59,046 bases of DNA, from positions 1-59,046 of the IMG/VR virus record IMGVR_UViG_3300030329_000446. One strand, written 5' to 3'. The notes under the pieces were generated by a model. It ran no database searches, was not told where the DNA came from, and was given only the letters and a program-made list of their open reading frames with translations. Numbering within the stretch: position 1 is the stretch's first letter; each line of letters opens with the position of its first letter. The stretch comes from a virus. Taxonomy: Duplodnaviria; Caudoviricetes. The position numbers and the translations under genes were made by a program. Positions 29,471 to 39,016 of the stretch are shown here, one piece after another.

Positions 29471-29929
29471 TTAAAACCTCCCTATAAATCTTGCGATATG
29501 ATTGACCCATGGCAGTAACATTAATGCCATTAATAGATTAGCTCCTGTATGAGCTATAGCTATTCTTAATGTGTCTCCTTTAGGAAACCCATCAGATACA
29601 AATAATCCTGCCAACCAGATAGTACCTGTAGTCCCTATATTAGCCCCTAGAACAGCAGCTATAGCACTAGGTAAGGGTAAGAACCCACTGGCTACTAAGG
29701 CTATGATAGCTGTAGTACTTAAAGAACTGGATTGCCATGCTAATGTACATACAATCCCACCTAAGAACATCCAGTATGGGTTAGTAATAAACCACTCTAG
29801 ATGTTCCACATTTCCTAAAGACTTCATACCTCCAGCAAACATTTTCAGACCAAAGTAAAATACAACCAGCCCTATACCTATCTGTACTATAGGCATATCC
29901 CAATATTTAATCATTAATGTTTTCTCCAT
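29471..29929 (-). CDS. Na+/Pi cotransporter family protein, single repeat
   Basis: FGLKMFAGGM, WQSSS, AIAAVLGANIGTT, RIAIAHTGAN. Confidence 0.85.
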   Translation of the reverse strand: MEKTLMIKYWDMPIVQIGIGLVVFYFGLKMFAGGMKSLGNVEHLEWFITNPYWMFLGGIVCTLAWQSSSLSTTAIIALVASGFLPLPSAIAAVLGANIGTTGTIWLAGLFVSDGFPKGDTLRIAIAHTGANLLMALMLLPWVNHIARFIGRF

Positions 29930-30075
29930 GAGTTTTTAAATTCTAACTCATCTACTATTTCTTGTAAGACTTGAGCAGCCGTATTAAACCTACCTCCATC
30001 GTGATCCATACGCTCATACTTTTCCTTTATTAATTGTATCTCTGTCTTTAAGACTTCTATTCTTTCATCTAGACT
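29914..30075 (-). CDS. Small hypothetical protein
   Basis: ORF following RNR; start uncertain (approximate). Confidence 0.5.
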   Translation of the reverse strand, partial: SLDERIEVLKTEIQLIKEKYERMDHDGGRFNTAAQVLQEIVDELEFKNSWRKH

Positions 30076-30086
30076 ACGATATACCA

Positions 30087-31781
30087 TTAGCCACACTCCT
30101 TCTGTCCAGTTGCAGGATCAATGAAGCAAGCTGCTCCCTCATCTTCTTTAGTAGCTGGTTCACTCTTATTAAGAATACCATACCTCTTACCAGCTAGTCT
30201 AAACGTAGTAACTCCTTTTAACTTTCCTTTCCAGCCCTGAAGATAAACATCTTTAAATTCTTCAAAGGTTACATTATCTCCTACATTAATAGTCTTGGAT
30301 ACAGCACTATCAATATAAGGTTGAATAGCTACCTGCATTTTCAGGTGCTCTTCCACTGACAGGTCTTCAGTTGTCTCTGCCTTTTCATTAAAATGAGCAT
30401 AGACATAATCCTGTAATTTAACTATCTGTGGTCCTTCCTCTGTGATAACAGTACGATCTACCTCATGCATAAAGACAGGCTCTATTCCACTACTAATATT
30501 ATCAGCCGTGAAACTAATCGTTCCTGTCGGAGCAATACTGGTTAAGTGGCTATTACGAATACCACACTTGGCTATCTTTTCTTGTAAGTCTGGTGGTAGT
30601 TTCTTTACATATCCACTCTGTAAGTACTGAGGATCATAGAGAGGAAACGATCCCTTCTCTTTAGCTAGGTCACAACTGGCTGAGATAGCTGTATAAGCTA
30701 AAGACCTACCTATCTTTCTAGTAAAGCGTACAGCCTCATCTGATCCATACCGTAGCCCTACCATAGTCAGACAGTTAGCTAGACCAGTAATACCTAACCC
30801 CATCCTCCTTTTATTCTTTGCTTCAGTCTCTTGATCTGGTAGTGGATAACGAGTACGGTCAATAACATTGTCCATTGCCTGTACCACTCTATGAATATCT
30901 TCTTCAAATAATTCAAAGTCAAAGACTCCACCTACAGTTTTCACATACTTAACTAAGTTAAAGCTACCTAGTAGACACGCTCCAAAGGGAGGTAGTGGTT
31001 GTTCCCCACAGGGATTGGTAGCTTCGATAGTCTCACAATACCAGAGAGGATTGTCTTGATTTATCCTATCAATAAATAAGACTCCAGGTTCAGCCCACTC
31101 CCAATTAGCTCTCATAATTTCATCCCATAAAGCTACAGCATTTATTTCTTTGTAGACTGTATCATTAAACTTTAATTGGAATGGGGTGTTACGTATAACA
31201 GCTTGCATAAACTCATCAGTAACACCTACTGATATATTAAAGTTAGTAAGTTTATCTTGGTTCTGTTTGGCCCTGATAAATTGTTCTATGTCTGGATGGT
31301 CTACACGTAAGACCCCCATCATCGCACCACGCCTATGACCAGCAGAGACTATCGTTCTACACACCGCATCAAATATGTGCATAAAAGATACAGGCCCACT
31401 AGCGGAACTATCAAGGCTAACAATCCTGTCACCATCAGGACGTATGCGAGAAAAGTCATACCCAATTCCCCCACCTCTCCGCATCGTTTCAGCAGCTTCA
31501 GTAGCCCTTGCCATAATGGATTCCATACTATCCTCAATGACTCCTGATACAAAGCAGTTATAGGCTGTAACATCCCTTGGACTCCCCATTGCTGACTGAA
31601 CTCTACCTGCTGGCATAAACCTTTGATTTAAAAAGATTTCTTTTATTTCTTGCCTATGATCTTCATCGTCTGACATAGCAGACGCATTACGATTAGCTGC
31701 TTCTTCAAAGCTCTCGTTTGGTAAACGATATTTAGTGGCGTGTAACTCCTCACATGCTGCAACTTGTGGACCGTATTCCAT
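30087..31781 (-). CDS. nrdJ: Class II (adenosylcobalamin-dependent) ribonucleotide reductase
   Basis: PAGR, NCFV, TNPCGEQPL, APTGTIS, C-terminal Cys pair; no beta subunit gene and no ATP cone seen. Confidence 0.88.
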   Translation of the reverse strand: MEYGPQVAACEELHATKYRLPNESFEEAANRNASAMSDDEDHRQEIKEIFLNQRFMPAGRVQSAMGSPRDVTAYNCFVSGVIEDSMESIMARATEAAETMRRGGGIGYDFSRIRPDGDRIVSLDSSASGPVSFMHIFDAVCRTIVSAGHRRGAMMGVLRVDHPDIEQFIRAKQNQDKLTNFNISVGVTDEFMQAVIRNTPFQLKFNDTVYKEINAVALWDEIMRANWEWAEPGVLFIDRINQDNPLWYCETIEATNPCGEQPLPPFGACLLGSFNLVKYVKTVGGVFDFELFEEDIHRVVQAMDNVIDRTRYPLPDQETEAKNKRRMGLGITGLANCLTMVGLRYGSDEAVRFTRKIGRSLAYTAISASCDLAKEKGSFPLYDPQYLQSGYVKKLPPDLQEKIAKCGIRNSHLTSIAPTGTISFTADNISSGIEPVFMHEVDRTVITEEGPQIVKLQDYVYAHFNEKAETTEDLSVEEHLKMQVAIQPYIDSAVSKTINVGDNVTFEEFKDVYLQGWKGKLKGVTTFRLAGKRYGILNKSEPATKEDEGAACFIDPATGQKECG

Positions 31782-32137
31782 TACTTCTTCTCCTTTAACT
31801 CTATAAGTTTTTTATTATACCATTCGGCTTTCTTTAAATCTTCCGCACCATTTTTATACCTATATCTCCATAGGTATTTCATAATATTTCCCTGTAGATA
31901 ATACTCAAAGCCTTCATCTAATGCTGCTTCAATAGCATCAATACATTCTATACCAGCTTGATTATAATGTACAGGATTATTTACGTTATCTTGATCGGAA
32001 GGTCTTTTCTTAGTATGAGGTTTATCTTCTGTCGGACTTTCCTCTTGTGTTTGGATTGTATTAATTGTTGGGCGAACACTCTTGTATCTGAATAATCTAT
32101 TCCAGCGTGATCGCATACCGTTATATAATCTTTGCAT
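31781..32137 (-). CDS. DUF3310 (T7 gp1.7-like nucleotide kinase) protein
   Basis: DNVNNPVHY..GIECIDAI...GNIMKYLWRY..KNG.EDLKKA.WY; start uncertain. Confidence 0.85.
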   Translation of the reverse strand: MQRLYNGMRSRWNRLFRYKSVRPTINTIQTQEESPTEDKPHTKKRPSDQDNVNNPVHYNQAGIECIDAIEAALDEGFEYYLQGNIMKYLWRYRYKNGAEDLKKAEWYNKKLIELKEKK

Positions 32138-32352
32138 GTTACCCCCACACTAGCAAAGAACCATGCCCTTGCTCTCTCTCTATTTTCAGTTATCGTATCA
32201 GTCTCAGTTTCAAACTTAGGTTTACTAGCATCAAGTAAAGCCTGTAACACAACAGCAATAAACAGGCATTGTTCTGGCCTGTCCCGTTGTAGTTTCTTTT
32301 CTATCGTGTATAGAAGATTTGTTCTTTTATTTTTTTTAGTAATAATCTTCAT
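31981..32352 (-). CDS. Conserved phage hypothetical protein
   Basis: LFIAVVLQALLDA...ARAWF...VCDHAGID. Confidence 0.7.
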   Translation of the reverse strand: MKIITKKNKRTNLLYTIEKKLQRDRPEQCLFIAVVLQALLDASKPKFETETDTITENRERARAWFFASVGVTCKDYITVCDHAGIDYSDTRVFAQQLIQSKHKRKVRQKINLILRKDLPIKIT

Positions 32353-32695
32353 AAAAATAATCTTCTAAGAATTGTTCTGCATCTAATACTACCAAGGGCT
32401 TCCTCCTGTTCATCTTAATAAAAAGAATAGGTGGTAAATCACTATGACTTTGTGCTTGATCTAACATATTATAGATACCAGTAAACTTTTCTTGGTTCTT
32501 ACACTCAATAGAGAAGGGGAACAGATGTTCGCAAGCACTACTGAGTTTAACATCTGCCCCATTCTCTCCCATGATAGCTGTAGTAATCTCTTTATCTAGC
32601 TCATGGGTATGATCTTCATCCAAATACTCTATGAGTTTACTCCTCACCCAATCTTGTAACTTACGTCCTTTAGCTTTGGCTGAAGATGTTTTCAT
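32336..32695 (-). CDS. Holliday junction resolvase-like PD-(D/E)XK nuclease
   Basis: SAKAKGRKLQ, GADV, SIECKNQE, PLVVLD. Confidence 0.8.
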   Translation of the reverse strand: MKTSSAKAKGRKLQDWVRSKLIEYLDEDHTHELDKEITTAIMGENGADVKLSSACEHLFPFSIECKNQEKFTGIYNMLDQAQSHSDLPPILFIKMNRRKPLVVLDAEQFLEDYFYEDYY

Positions 32696-33555
32696 TAGTT
32701 TATCCTAACTTCTGGTACATCTGGAACTTTACTAACACGAGTTAGATATACTCTCCCTCGCTTATAATCAAAAGCTCGTAGTCCTACACCTCCATTCACA
32801 TCAGACCAACAATCCTTTTTAAAAGCACAATAAGAACAGTTGACATTCAGTTTATAATTACCTGACTTACCCTCTGGTATATCAGAATAACATCTATCAG
32901 GTGGGGTATCGGACTTAATCATTCCTTTTAAATATTTAATCCTTTCTTCTGTGTTAGTTATCTCAAGCTCATTTAATTCCATGAAGCATAACTCACCTGA
33001 TAGTTTATTCATTACTAGAAAGCCAGCTTCATCTGCCTTCTCTGCCGTAGCATAAGAAGATAGTTGATCTATATAACCAAATGGATCGTCACTATATAAT
33101 ACCTTATCTTCAAACTTTCTAAAACTCATAGGTGATGCTGACTTAACATCAACCAAGATATTATCTATGCGTCCATCTATATGTCCTTTAATTCCTCCTA
33201 GATTAGTTTCCTTCTGTCTATCTCTTACCTTATGCCCTGCTAATTCTGCAAAGCAGAAGACTAATTCCTCAATGATATGACCATACAGGAATTTAATAGG
33301 ATCATTATCTCGTAGCCTTTCTCCTTCTACATTTTGAAATTGATACCATAGTTGTCTATCAGGATATCCAACATTAGACATTCTAAGTCTAGCTTCATCC
33401 TTATCCTTTCCCATAATAGAAGTAGTAAGTTGTTTACGAATGTTTTCCACACACGTATCAATAATCTTATCTCGTTTACTATCCGATAGTTTACATCCCT
33501 TATCTTCTTTAAAGAGATTGTATATATCTTTAATCAAGGAAGTTATTTTTTTCAT
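32695..33555 (-). CDS. Cas4-like PD-(D/E)XK exonuclease
   Basis: LRMSNVG, GHIDG..D..LVDVKS, GYIDQLSSY, CSYCAFKKDC. Confidence 0.8.
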   Translation of the reverse strand: MKKITSLIKDIYNLFKEDKGCKLSDSKRDKIIDTCVENIRKQLTTSIMGKDKDEARLRMSNVGYPDRQLWYQFQNVEGERLRDNDPIKFLYGHIIEELVFCFAELAGHKVRDRQKETNLGGIKGHIDGRIDNILVDVKSASPMSFRKFEDKVLYSDDPFGYIDQLSSYATAEKADEAGFLVMNKLSGELCFMELNELEITNTEERIKYLKGMIKSDTPPDRCYSDIPEGKSGNYKLNVNCSYCAFKKDCWSDVNGGVGLRAFDYKRGRVYLTRVSKVPDVPEVRIN

Positions 33556-33558
33556 AAT

Positions 33559-33600
33559 AAAAAGTGGGGAGGATATACGTAACTTTATATACCCTCCCCC
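33559..33600 (-). terminator. Rho-independent terminator after SSB
   Basis: GGGGAGG..TATA stem followed by a T-run on the minus strand. Confidence 0.65.
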
Positions 33601-33613
33601 TCCAAGTTAAAGG

Positions 33614-34087
33614 TTAAGCTGAAAAGGGGATGTCTTCAGCTTCATCGGAAGTAAAACCGTCAGGGACTACATCAAACGCATCGTCCTCTTCGGTTGAGTA
33701 CGGCACTAATTCGGTCACTTGTACCGCACGTAGATCGGCAGAAACACCAGTCTTCCCACCGAAATTCCATTCAAACGGCTCATAAAGTACATTAACTTTA
33801 GAACCATTACCAATCATCGTATCAGTAACCAGACGCTTGTTAGCATCCACTACATTAGGCTGACGATTAAGATTACCTTTATTGTTACGAACCTTACGCT
33901 TGATCGTAACAAAGTCTTCCTTCTCATCACCCTTGTTCTTAACAGTCAGCCCATCCTTCTGAGCTTTCTTTTTGTTAAGATCGTCAAGGTTTCCGACATC
34001 AATCGTCCATACACCATCCGAATCAAACTTGGTGTTAGGAGTGATAACGGAAGCCCAATAAGCCGTACCTGCAATTACTTTACTCAT
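33614..34087 (-). CDS. Single-stranded DNA-binding protein (T7 gp2.5-like)
   Basis: GTAYWA, IGNGSKV, LRAVQV.ELV.Y, acidic tail ending DIPF. Confidence 0.85.
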   Translation of the reverse strand: MSKVIAGTAYWASVITPNTKFDSDGVWTIDVGNLDDLNKKKAQKDGLTVKNKGDEKEDFVTIKRKVRNNKGNLNRQPNVVDANKRLVTDTMIGNGSKVNVLYEPFEWNFGGKTGVSADLRAVQVTELVPYSTEEDDAFDVVPDGFTSDEAEDIPFSA

Positions 34088-34123
34088 TCTTTATCTCCTT
34101 CATATGAGGTTTGTTAATGATAC

Positions 34124-34152
34124 ATAATAACAAATTAGAATTATAAAGTCAA
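34124..34152 (-). promoter_or_regulatory. Sigma70-like promoter for SSB
   Basis: TTGACT-N17-TATTAT. Confidence 0.7.
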
Positions 34153-34171
34153 GTTTTATTTTCTCCTTTCT

Positions 34172-35809
34172 TTAATGAGTGTCAGCCCATGTTTGTCCCA
34201 CCTTGTATTCATTATCAAGGGGGCATTTAATATTAAAGATTTCTTCTGTCTCTTTCATAGCCTTCTTAGTTATATCACAAAATTCTTTTGTGTCTTTGTT
34301 ATGTACTTCAAATTGATACTCATCATGGATAGATGCTACCAACTTTACATCTAGGTTCTTTGCATGATCCATCATCTGCACCAACCACTGTTTACAGATG
34401 ACTGCACCTGCTCCCTGTATGAGGGTATTTAAGGCACTGTGATAACTTCTTATGTGTAGTTTCCTACCATCTAAACCAGTGATCAGTTTCTTTTTAGAAG
34501 CTATGTCTACTCGTGATCGTAGCTTCTGTAATGCTGGAACATTACGTAAGAAGTTATCAATAAGTTTCTGTCCTTCAGATGAATTAACACCAGCTACCTT
34601 ACCTATCTTAGCAGGGCCAGCACCATAAATCAGGGCATACAGGAATGTCTTTGCCTGATCTCTAGTCTCTAGGTTAGCAGCCTTCTGATTAGCTGTATGT
34701 ACGTCACCCTCTAGAACTTCCTTAATGTAATCCTTATCTCCCATGTAGTGAGCTAGTGCTCGTATCTCTAGACCAGAAGCATCTGTACCTACCAGACTAT
34801 AATTCTCTGGATCAGAGACAGTCCAACAGTCACGGCACTCCTTACCATACGGTGAGTAGACTGCTGGAACCTGTGCCATGTTAGGACTATTGTGAGCCAT
34901 ACGTCCTGTAATAGTTCGTAAGGTCATTACCCTACCATGTACACGCCCCGTTAAATCTACGGCTTCTATCCACTGTTTAATCTGTGATACTCTCTTTTGT
35001 AACAAGAGATACCGTGACATTAACTTAGCTTCAGGTATATCCAGACTATCTAGTATCTCATCACTAACAGCTATGTTACCCTTGTCTGTCTTTAACTTAG
35101 GCTTCCATCCCTTTGCCATTAACCTTTCAGCTATCTGCTTACGAGAAGCAGGATTAAAAGGAATAGATTTAGTCTTAGTCTTTAGCTCAACAATCGTAGG
35201 AGGAAACACCTCCTGTAATTGACCTTCTATTTGAGTAGCCTCATCTTGAAACCTACTCATTAGGATCATAGCACGTTGCTCATCTAGATAAAATCCATTC
35301 TCCTCTTGTTGGTTAATCAAGTGTCGTATCTTATGTTCTAGTTTAATAGACTGACTAGAGAAGTCAGACCCCTCATGCACTAGCCGCTTCAATAACTTAT
35401 AAGTTACATCAACATCACGATTACAGTAGTCTAACATAGCAGGGGTATAGAGTGAGAAGTCTTCTGGTGGATTACCTTTTGGAAATCCTAGTCTCTCACC
35501 CCATGCTGATAATGAATGTCCCTTCTCTCGCATAGGATTAAATAACTGTGATAAGATCAGAGTATCCACAATATTAGACATAGGAATGTTAGCATCAGTA
35601 AGTTTATTAATAACTCTCCCATCAAATGATACTCCATTATGCATATAAAATTTATCTACTTCCTTAGACCACTGAGGAAAGATAGTATAACACTCATCCT
35701 GTACAAACTCCTTTACTTCATCAGTCTTTACATCTCTTGTTACTATACAATGTATCTTACTTGCATCAAGAGCATCTGTCTCTATGTCCAGTACTATTCC
35801 CTTGCTCAT
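34172..35809 (-). CDS. polA: Family A DNA polymerase with 3'-5' exonuclease (T7-like)
   Basis: DIETD, HNGVSFD, YCNRD; DASGLEIR; RDQAKTFLYALIYG; IHDEYQ. Confidence 0.95.
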   Translation of the reverse strand: MSKGIVLDIETDALDASKIHCIVTRDVKTDEVKEFVQDECYTIFPQWSKEVDKFYMHNGVSFDGRVINKLTDANIPMSNIVDTLILSQLFNPMREKGHSLSAWGERLGFPKGNPPEDFSLYTPAMLDYCNRDVDVTYKLLKRLVHEGSDFSSQSIKLEHKIRHLINQQEENGFYLDEQRAMILMSRFQDEATQIEGQLQEVFPPTIVELKTKTKSIPFNPASRKQIAERLMAKGWKPKLKTDKGNIAVSDEILDSLDIPEAKLMSRYLLLQKRVSQIKQWIEAVDLTGRVHGRVMTLRTITGRMAHNSPNMAQVPAVYSPYGKECRDCWTVSDPENYSLVGTDASGLEIRALAHYMGDKDYIKEVLEGDVHTANQKAANLETRDQAKTFLYALIYGAGPAKIGKVAGVNSSEGQKLIDNFLRNVPALQKLRSRVDIASKKKLITGLDGRKLHIRSYHSALNTLIQGAGAVICKQWLVQMMDHAKNLDVKLVASIHDEYQFEVHNKDTKEFCDITKKAMKETEEIFNIKCPLDNEYKVGQTWADTH

Positions 35810-36173
35810 CTAACTCTCCTCTCAGTCGAGCGTGCTCTATGCGGTGACAATTAGCACATAGCATTAAACATTTATCTAATTCTTTTAGTATTTCTTTGCT
35901 GTTAAATAACTCATCTACATTTCTATCTAGTGAATCACTAATTTCAAAATCTTTTTTATTCGGATCAGTATGGTGAAACTCATATACCCCATCATAAGGA
36001 TATGAGACACTACAATGTTCACACTTTCCTCCTTTGTATAAAATTAAAGCAGCTTTCGATTGTTGTCTACGTTTTCTCCTAGCTTCATTCTGTTGTTTAC
36101 GATATCTCTTATGGTATTTTTTATAGTGTTCTCTTTGATACTGTCTTTGCTTTTCTTTATCTTTATAAGGCAT
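35766..36173 (-). CDS. HNH endonuclease
   Basis: CEHC...EFHH.DP..K...KCLMLCANCHRIEH; start MPYKD preferred. Confidence 0.85.
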   Translation of the reverse strand: MPYKDKEKQRQYQREHYKKYHKRYRKQQNEARRKRRQQSKAALILYKGGKCEHCSVSYPYDGVYEFHHTDPNKKDFEISDSLDRNVDELFNSKEILKELDKCLMLCANCHRIEHARLRGELDEQGNSTGHRDRCS

Positions 36174-36175
36174 CG

Positions 36176-36832
36176 TCAATCCCCTGTAGTTAAACATTCC
36201 CAAGAGGTAGGGAAGTGTTCCCTAGCTAATGACGATATATCATGGGCTATAAACCTAGTCTCAAGTTGAGTATCTTTTTTACATCGTAAGTTACATACCC
36301 TAGCAAAAGCAGCAAGACTACCACTCCAATACCATTCAGTATACATAGCTTGAGGTAGTACCATACGTGCCTGTTCAGGACAGATACCTTTGTTTAACAT
36401 ATTCTCATAACACTGAGTAACATATTCAATTAAAGGTTTCATATCATACTCAATAGAGGATAGTGGATCACTACCCTGCTTCTTATTCTCTGCTCTCCCT
36501 CTAAATAATTGAGGGTCAAAGAACTCTGGCTTGCTGTCCACATACCTACGTGATACCTCATTCCAGACTAATCCTACTTGATGTTTAGCTAATTGTCTAG
36601 CAATAAATATTGGAGCCTTGATATGGAACTGTAAGTAACAGTGACCAAAGGGAGTCCAATGATTATGTTTAGCTAGATACTTTATCAGGTTTTCATCTTC
36701 TATTTTTAAATAGTTTCCTACTACCCCGTCATCAGCAATAACATTCCATTCAGAAACTTTATCAAAGGATACACGGGCAGCATTAACCACAGTTAAATCA
36801 CTACCCATATGGTCAATCAGTTTTACTTCCAT
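36176..36832 (-). CDS. thyX: Flavin-dependent thymidylate synthase
   Basis: VNAARVSF, HWTPF, ARQLAKHQ...NEVSRRY, EQARMVLP. Confidence 0.95.
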   Translation of the reverse strand: MEVKLIDHMGSDLTVVNAARVSFDKVSEWNVIADDGVVGNYLKIEDENLIKYLAKHNHWTPFGHCYLQFHIKAPIFIARQLAKHQVGLVWNEVSRRYVDSKPEFFDPQLFRGRAENKKQGSDPLSSIEYDMKPLIEYVTQCYENMLNKGICPEQARMVLPQAMYTEWYWSGSLAAFARVCNLRCKKDTQLETRFIAHDISSLAREHFPTSWECLTTGD

Positions 36833-37316
36833 CCTTAACTCCTAAATCTATAAGTTCAGCCTTATCTACTGGTACTTTAAAAAAGTATTCTCCTTTTCTA
36901 ACGGCCCGATTAGGAACCTCAACTACAGGTGAATCCTTAACTATAGTAGCATCCATTCTCCATGCTACTTTACAGTCTCCTCTTATTATATAGAAATAAA
37001 AGTTAGCATCTTGATCTTTATCATAGACTTTCCTAAGTAACCTCTGTTTCCTAAAAGGAATATGAATATCCTTCCATGCTGTAGGCCACTCTCCTTCCCA
37101 CATATGCTTCATTTCTACTTCATGGTAGTGTTCATGGAGTATTCCTCCATCCCAATACGTACTCTGTAAGTCTACCCCATAGTCTTCTTCTGGTGGAAGA
37201 ACATCATGGCCTACTCTTTCTAGGTATTTAGTAATACACTCCTTGGCTAGACCGTCTGACTTCTTATAGGCTACGGGATCAAACCGTTTTCGTTTAGACT
37301 TAGAAGGGTATATCAT
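36813..37316 (-). CDS. Putative PD-(D/E)XK-fold protein
   Basis: YGVDL...HEVEMK pattern; start MIYPSK preferred. Confidence 0.55.
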   Translation of the reverse strand: MIYPSKSKRKRFDPVAYKKSDGLAKECITKYLERVGHDVLPPEEDYGVDLQSTYWDGGILHEHYHEVEMKHMWEGEWPTAWKDIHIPFRKQRLLRKVYDKDQDANFYFYIIRGDCKVAWRMDATIVKDSPVVEVPNRAVRKGEYFFKVPVDKAELIDLGVKDGSKTD

Positions 37317-38961
37317 TTTTATATTCCTCTTCAGTTGGTTCACGTTCGGGATCGAATGGGTTATCAATAGATGCCATCCTTCCCGTATCCTTATCATAGT
37401 AGAGGTGAGCCGCTACACCAGTGTCACCTGTATATCTATTCTTTAGAATACGAATGACTGTAGTGTTAGCTTCAGTCTCATCCTCACTCTGTTGGTTACG
37501 TTCCAAGGCTATGACCGCATCACTAAGATGCCCAATAGATGCTGACCCTCGCAAGTGAGAGAGTGTTACTTCTTTACCTTCTTCAAATCCCTTATCACCT
37601 CCACGCCTACGTAAGTGAGACACTAGGAGTAGTCCTATCCCTGTCTCCTCTACGAGGGAACGTAGCTTGGTCATTAGAATATCAATAGACTTACGTTCAT
37701 CTCCCATATCCTCCTGACCTGACACTAGAATAGACAGGTGATCTAACATGATCCACTTACAGTCTAAAGCTCGTGCCATGTACCGTACCCTGCCTAGTAT
37801 CTCATCGTTAGAGATAGAACCAAAGTGGTCAAAGGCAAACAGCCTACCCGTTCCAAGCGTAGATTTTTCCCACTCGTTTAACTGTTCACGATTATACTGA
37901 TCACGTATTTCTTTAATGTATAACCTAGCGTTAGCTTCCACTGACATGATATTGAAGGCAGTATTCCTCACGTTTTCTTCCAGAGCCAGGATACCTATGT
38001 TATCTTCCGTACTCTTGAGGATATGGTGCATCAATTCCCGTATGATACTAGACTTACCCATGCCAGAACCAGAAGTAAAACAGACTAGCTCTCCCGTTCT
38101 CATGCCATACAACTTCTCGTTCATACCTTCCCAAGGATAGAGACAGGTTTCACAGAAGTCTTCCTCATATAAGGCAGACCCTATATCCCGTAGGTTTATT
38201 ATACCAGCAGGGGTATGAGGTGAAGCAGCCCACCATGCTCGTATAAAATCCTCACGCTTTCCTACCTTGAGATACTCGTTAGCATCCTTGAAGTCTAGCT
38301 TTACTATCTTAGCTTTATTAGGCTCAAATAATTCAGCTACTCTTGCACTGGCCTTACGTCCAGCATCATCGTTATCAAAGCAGATAATTATATTATCAAA
38401 TGAATTAAGATACTCCAAGTTTGCTTTACAATCCCGTACTGCACTACCAGCACCAGACTTAATAGACACAGAAGGGAACCGTGATCCATTCATTTCAAAG
38501 ACAGACATAGCATCTATCTCTCCCTCACATAGGGTAAGATACTTGGCACTTCCAGCAGGGAAGAGACGTTGCCCAAACAGTTGTCCAGAACCTAGATCAC
38601 CTTCCGTAAAAAAGTTCTTAGGATCAGTCTGCCTTACCTTGTTCGCTACATGGCAGTCATCCTTATCAAAGTAGGGATAGATATGTTTATTAATCTTAGC
38701 TGTAACTCCATATTTTTTAGCTGTATCTAAGGATATACTACGGCTCTTTAATTCCATGCTCTCTCCTCGTGAGAGAACATTATTTATTACACCCTTAATA
38801 GGTGCAGTATTTTGTTGGCTCATGGGATAATCCCCTTTCTCTCTGCCATAAGTTTCACACTTAAAACAATACCAATGACCATCAGCATACAATACCCTAG
38901 CCATTTCTGCCCCACACTCATCATGGGGTAGACGGTCTGCAACAATATCATTATCTTCCAT
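37300..38961 (-). CDS. T7 gp4-like primase-helicase
   Basis: Zn finger (DGHWYCFKC), TOPRIM EGEIDA and FDNDDAG, Walker A SGSGMGKS, LDHLSI, LRGS, KNRYTG. Confidence 0.95.
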   Translation of the reverse strand: MEDNDIVADRLPHDECGAEMARVLYADGHWYCFKCETYGREKGDYPMSQQNTAPIKGVINNVLSRGESMELKSRSISLDTAKKYGVTAKINKHIYPYFDKDDCHVANKVRQTDPKNFFTEGDLGSGQLFGQRLFPAGSAKYLTLCEGEIDAMSVFEMNGSRFPSVSIKSGAGSAVRDCKANLEYLNSFDNIIICFDNDDAGRKASARVAELFEPNKAKIVKLDFKDANEYLKVGKREDFIRAWWAASPHTPAGIINLRDIGSALYEEDFCETCLYPWEGMNEKLYGMRTGELVCFTSGSGMGKSSIIRELMHHILKSTEDNIGILALEENVRNTAFNIMSVEANARLYIKEIRDQYNREQLNEWEKSTLGTGRLFAFDHFGSISNDEILGRVRYMARALDCKWIMLDHLSILVSGQEDMGDERKSIDILMTKLRSLVEETGIGLLLVSHLRRRGGDKGFEEGKEVTLSHLRGSASIGHLSDAVIALERNQQSEDETEANTTVIRILKNRYTGDTGVAAHLYYDKDTGRMASIDNPFDPEREPTEEEYKNDIPF

Positions 38962-38984
38962 ACTAACCTCTCAACTCTGAGAAG

Positions 38985-39013
38985 AGTTTACCATAAGTAA
39001 AAAGATATGTCAA
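38985..39013 (-). promoter_or_regulatory. Sigma70-like promoter for the replication operon
   Basis: TTGACA-N17-TAAACT. Confidence 0.65.
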
Positions 39014-39016
39014 TAA

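Noticed and set aside
38880-38935. Primase Zn finger reads HDEC instead of CxxC, suggesting inactivation
   Set aside because: His can ligate Zn and all other primase-helicase motifs are intact
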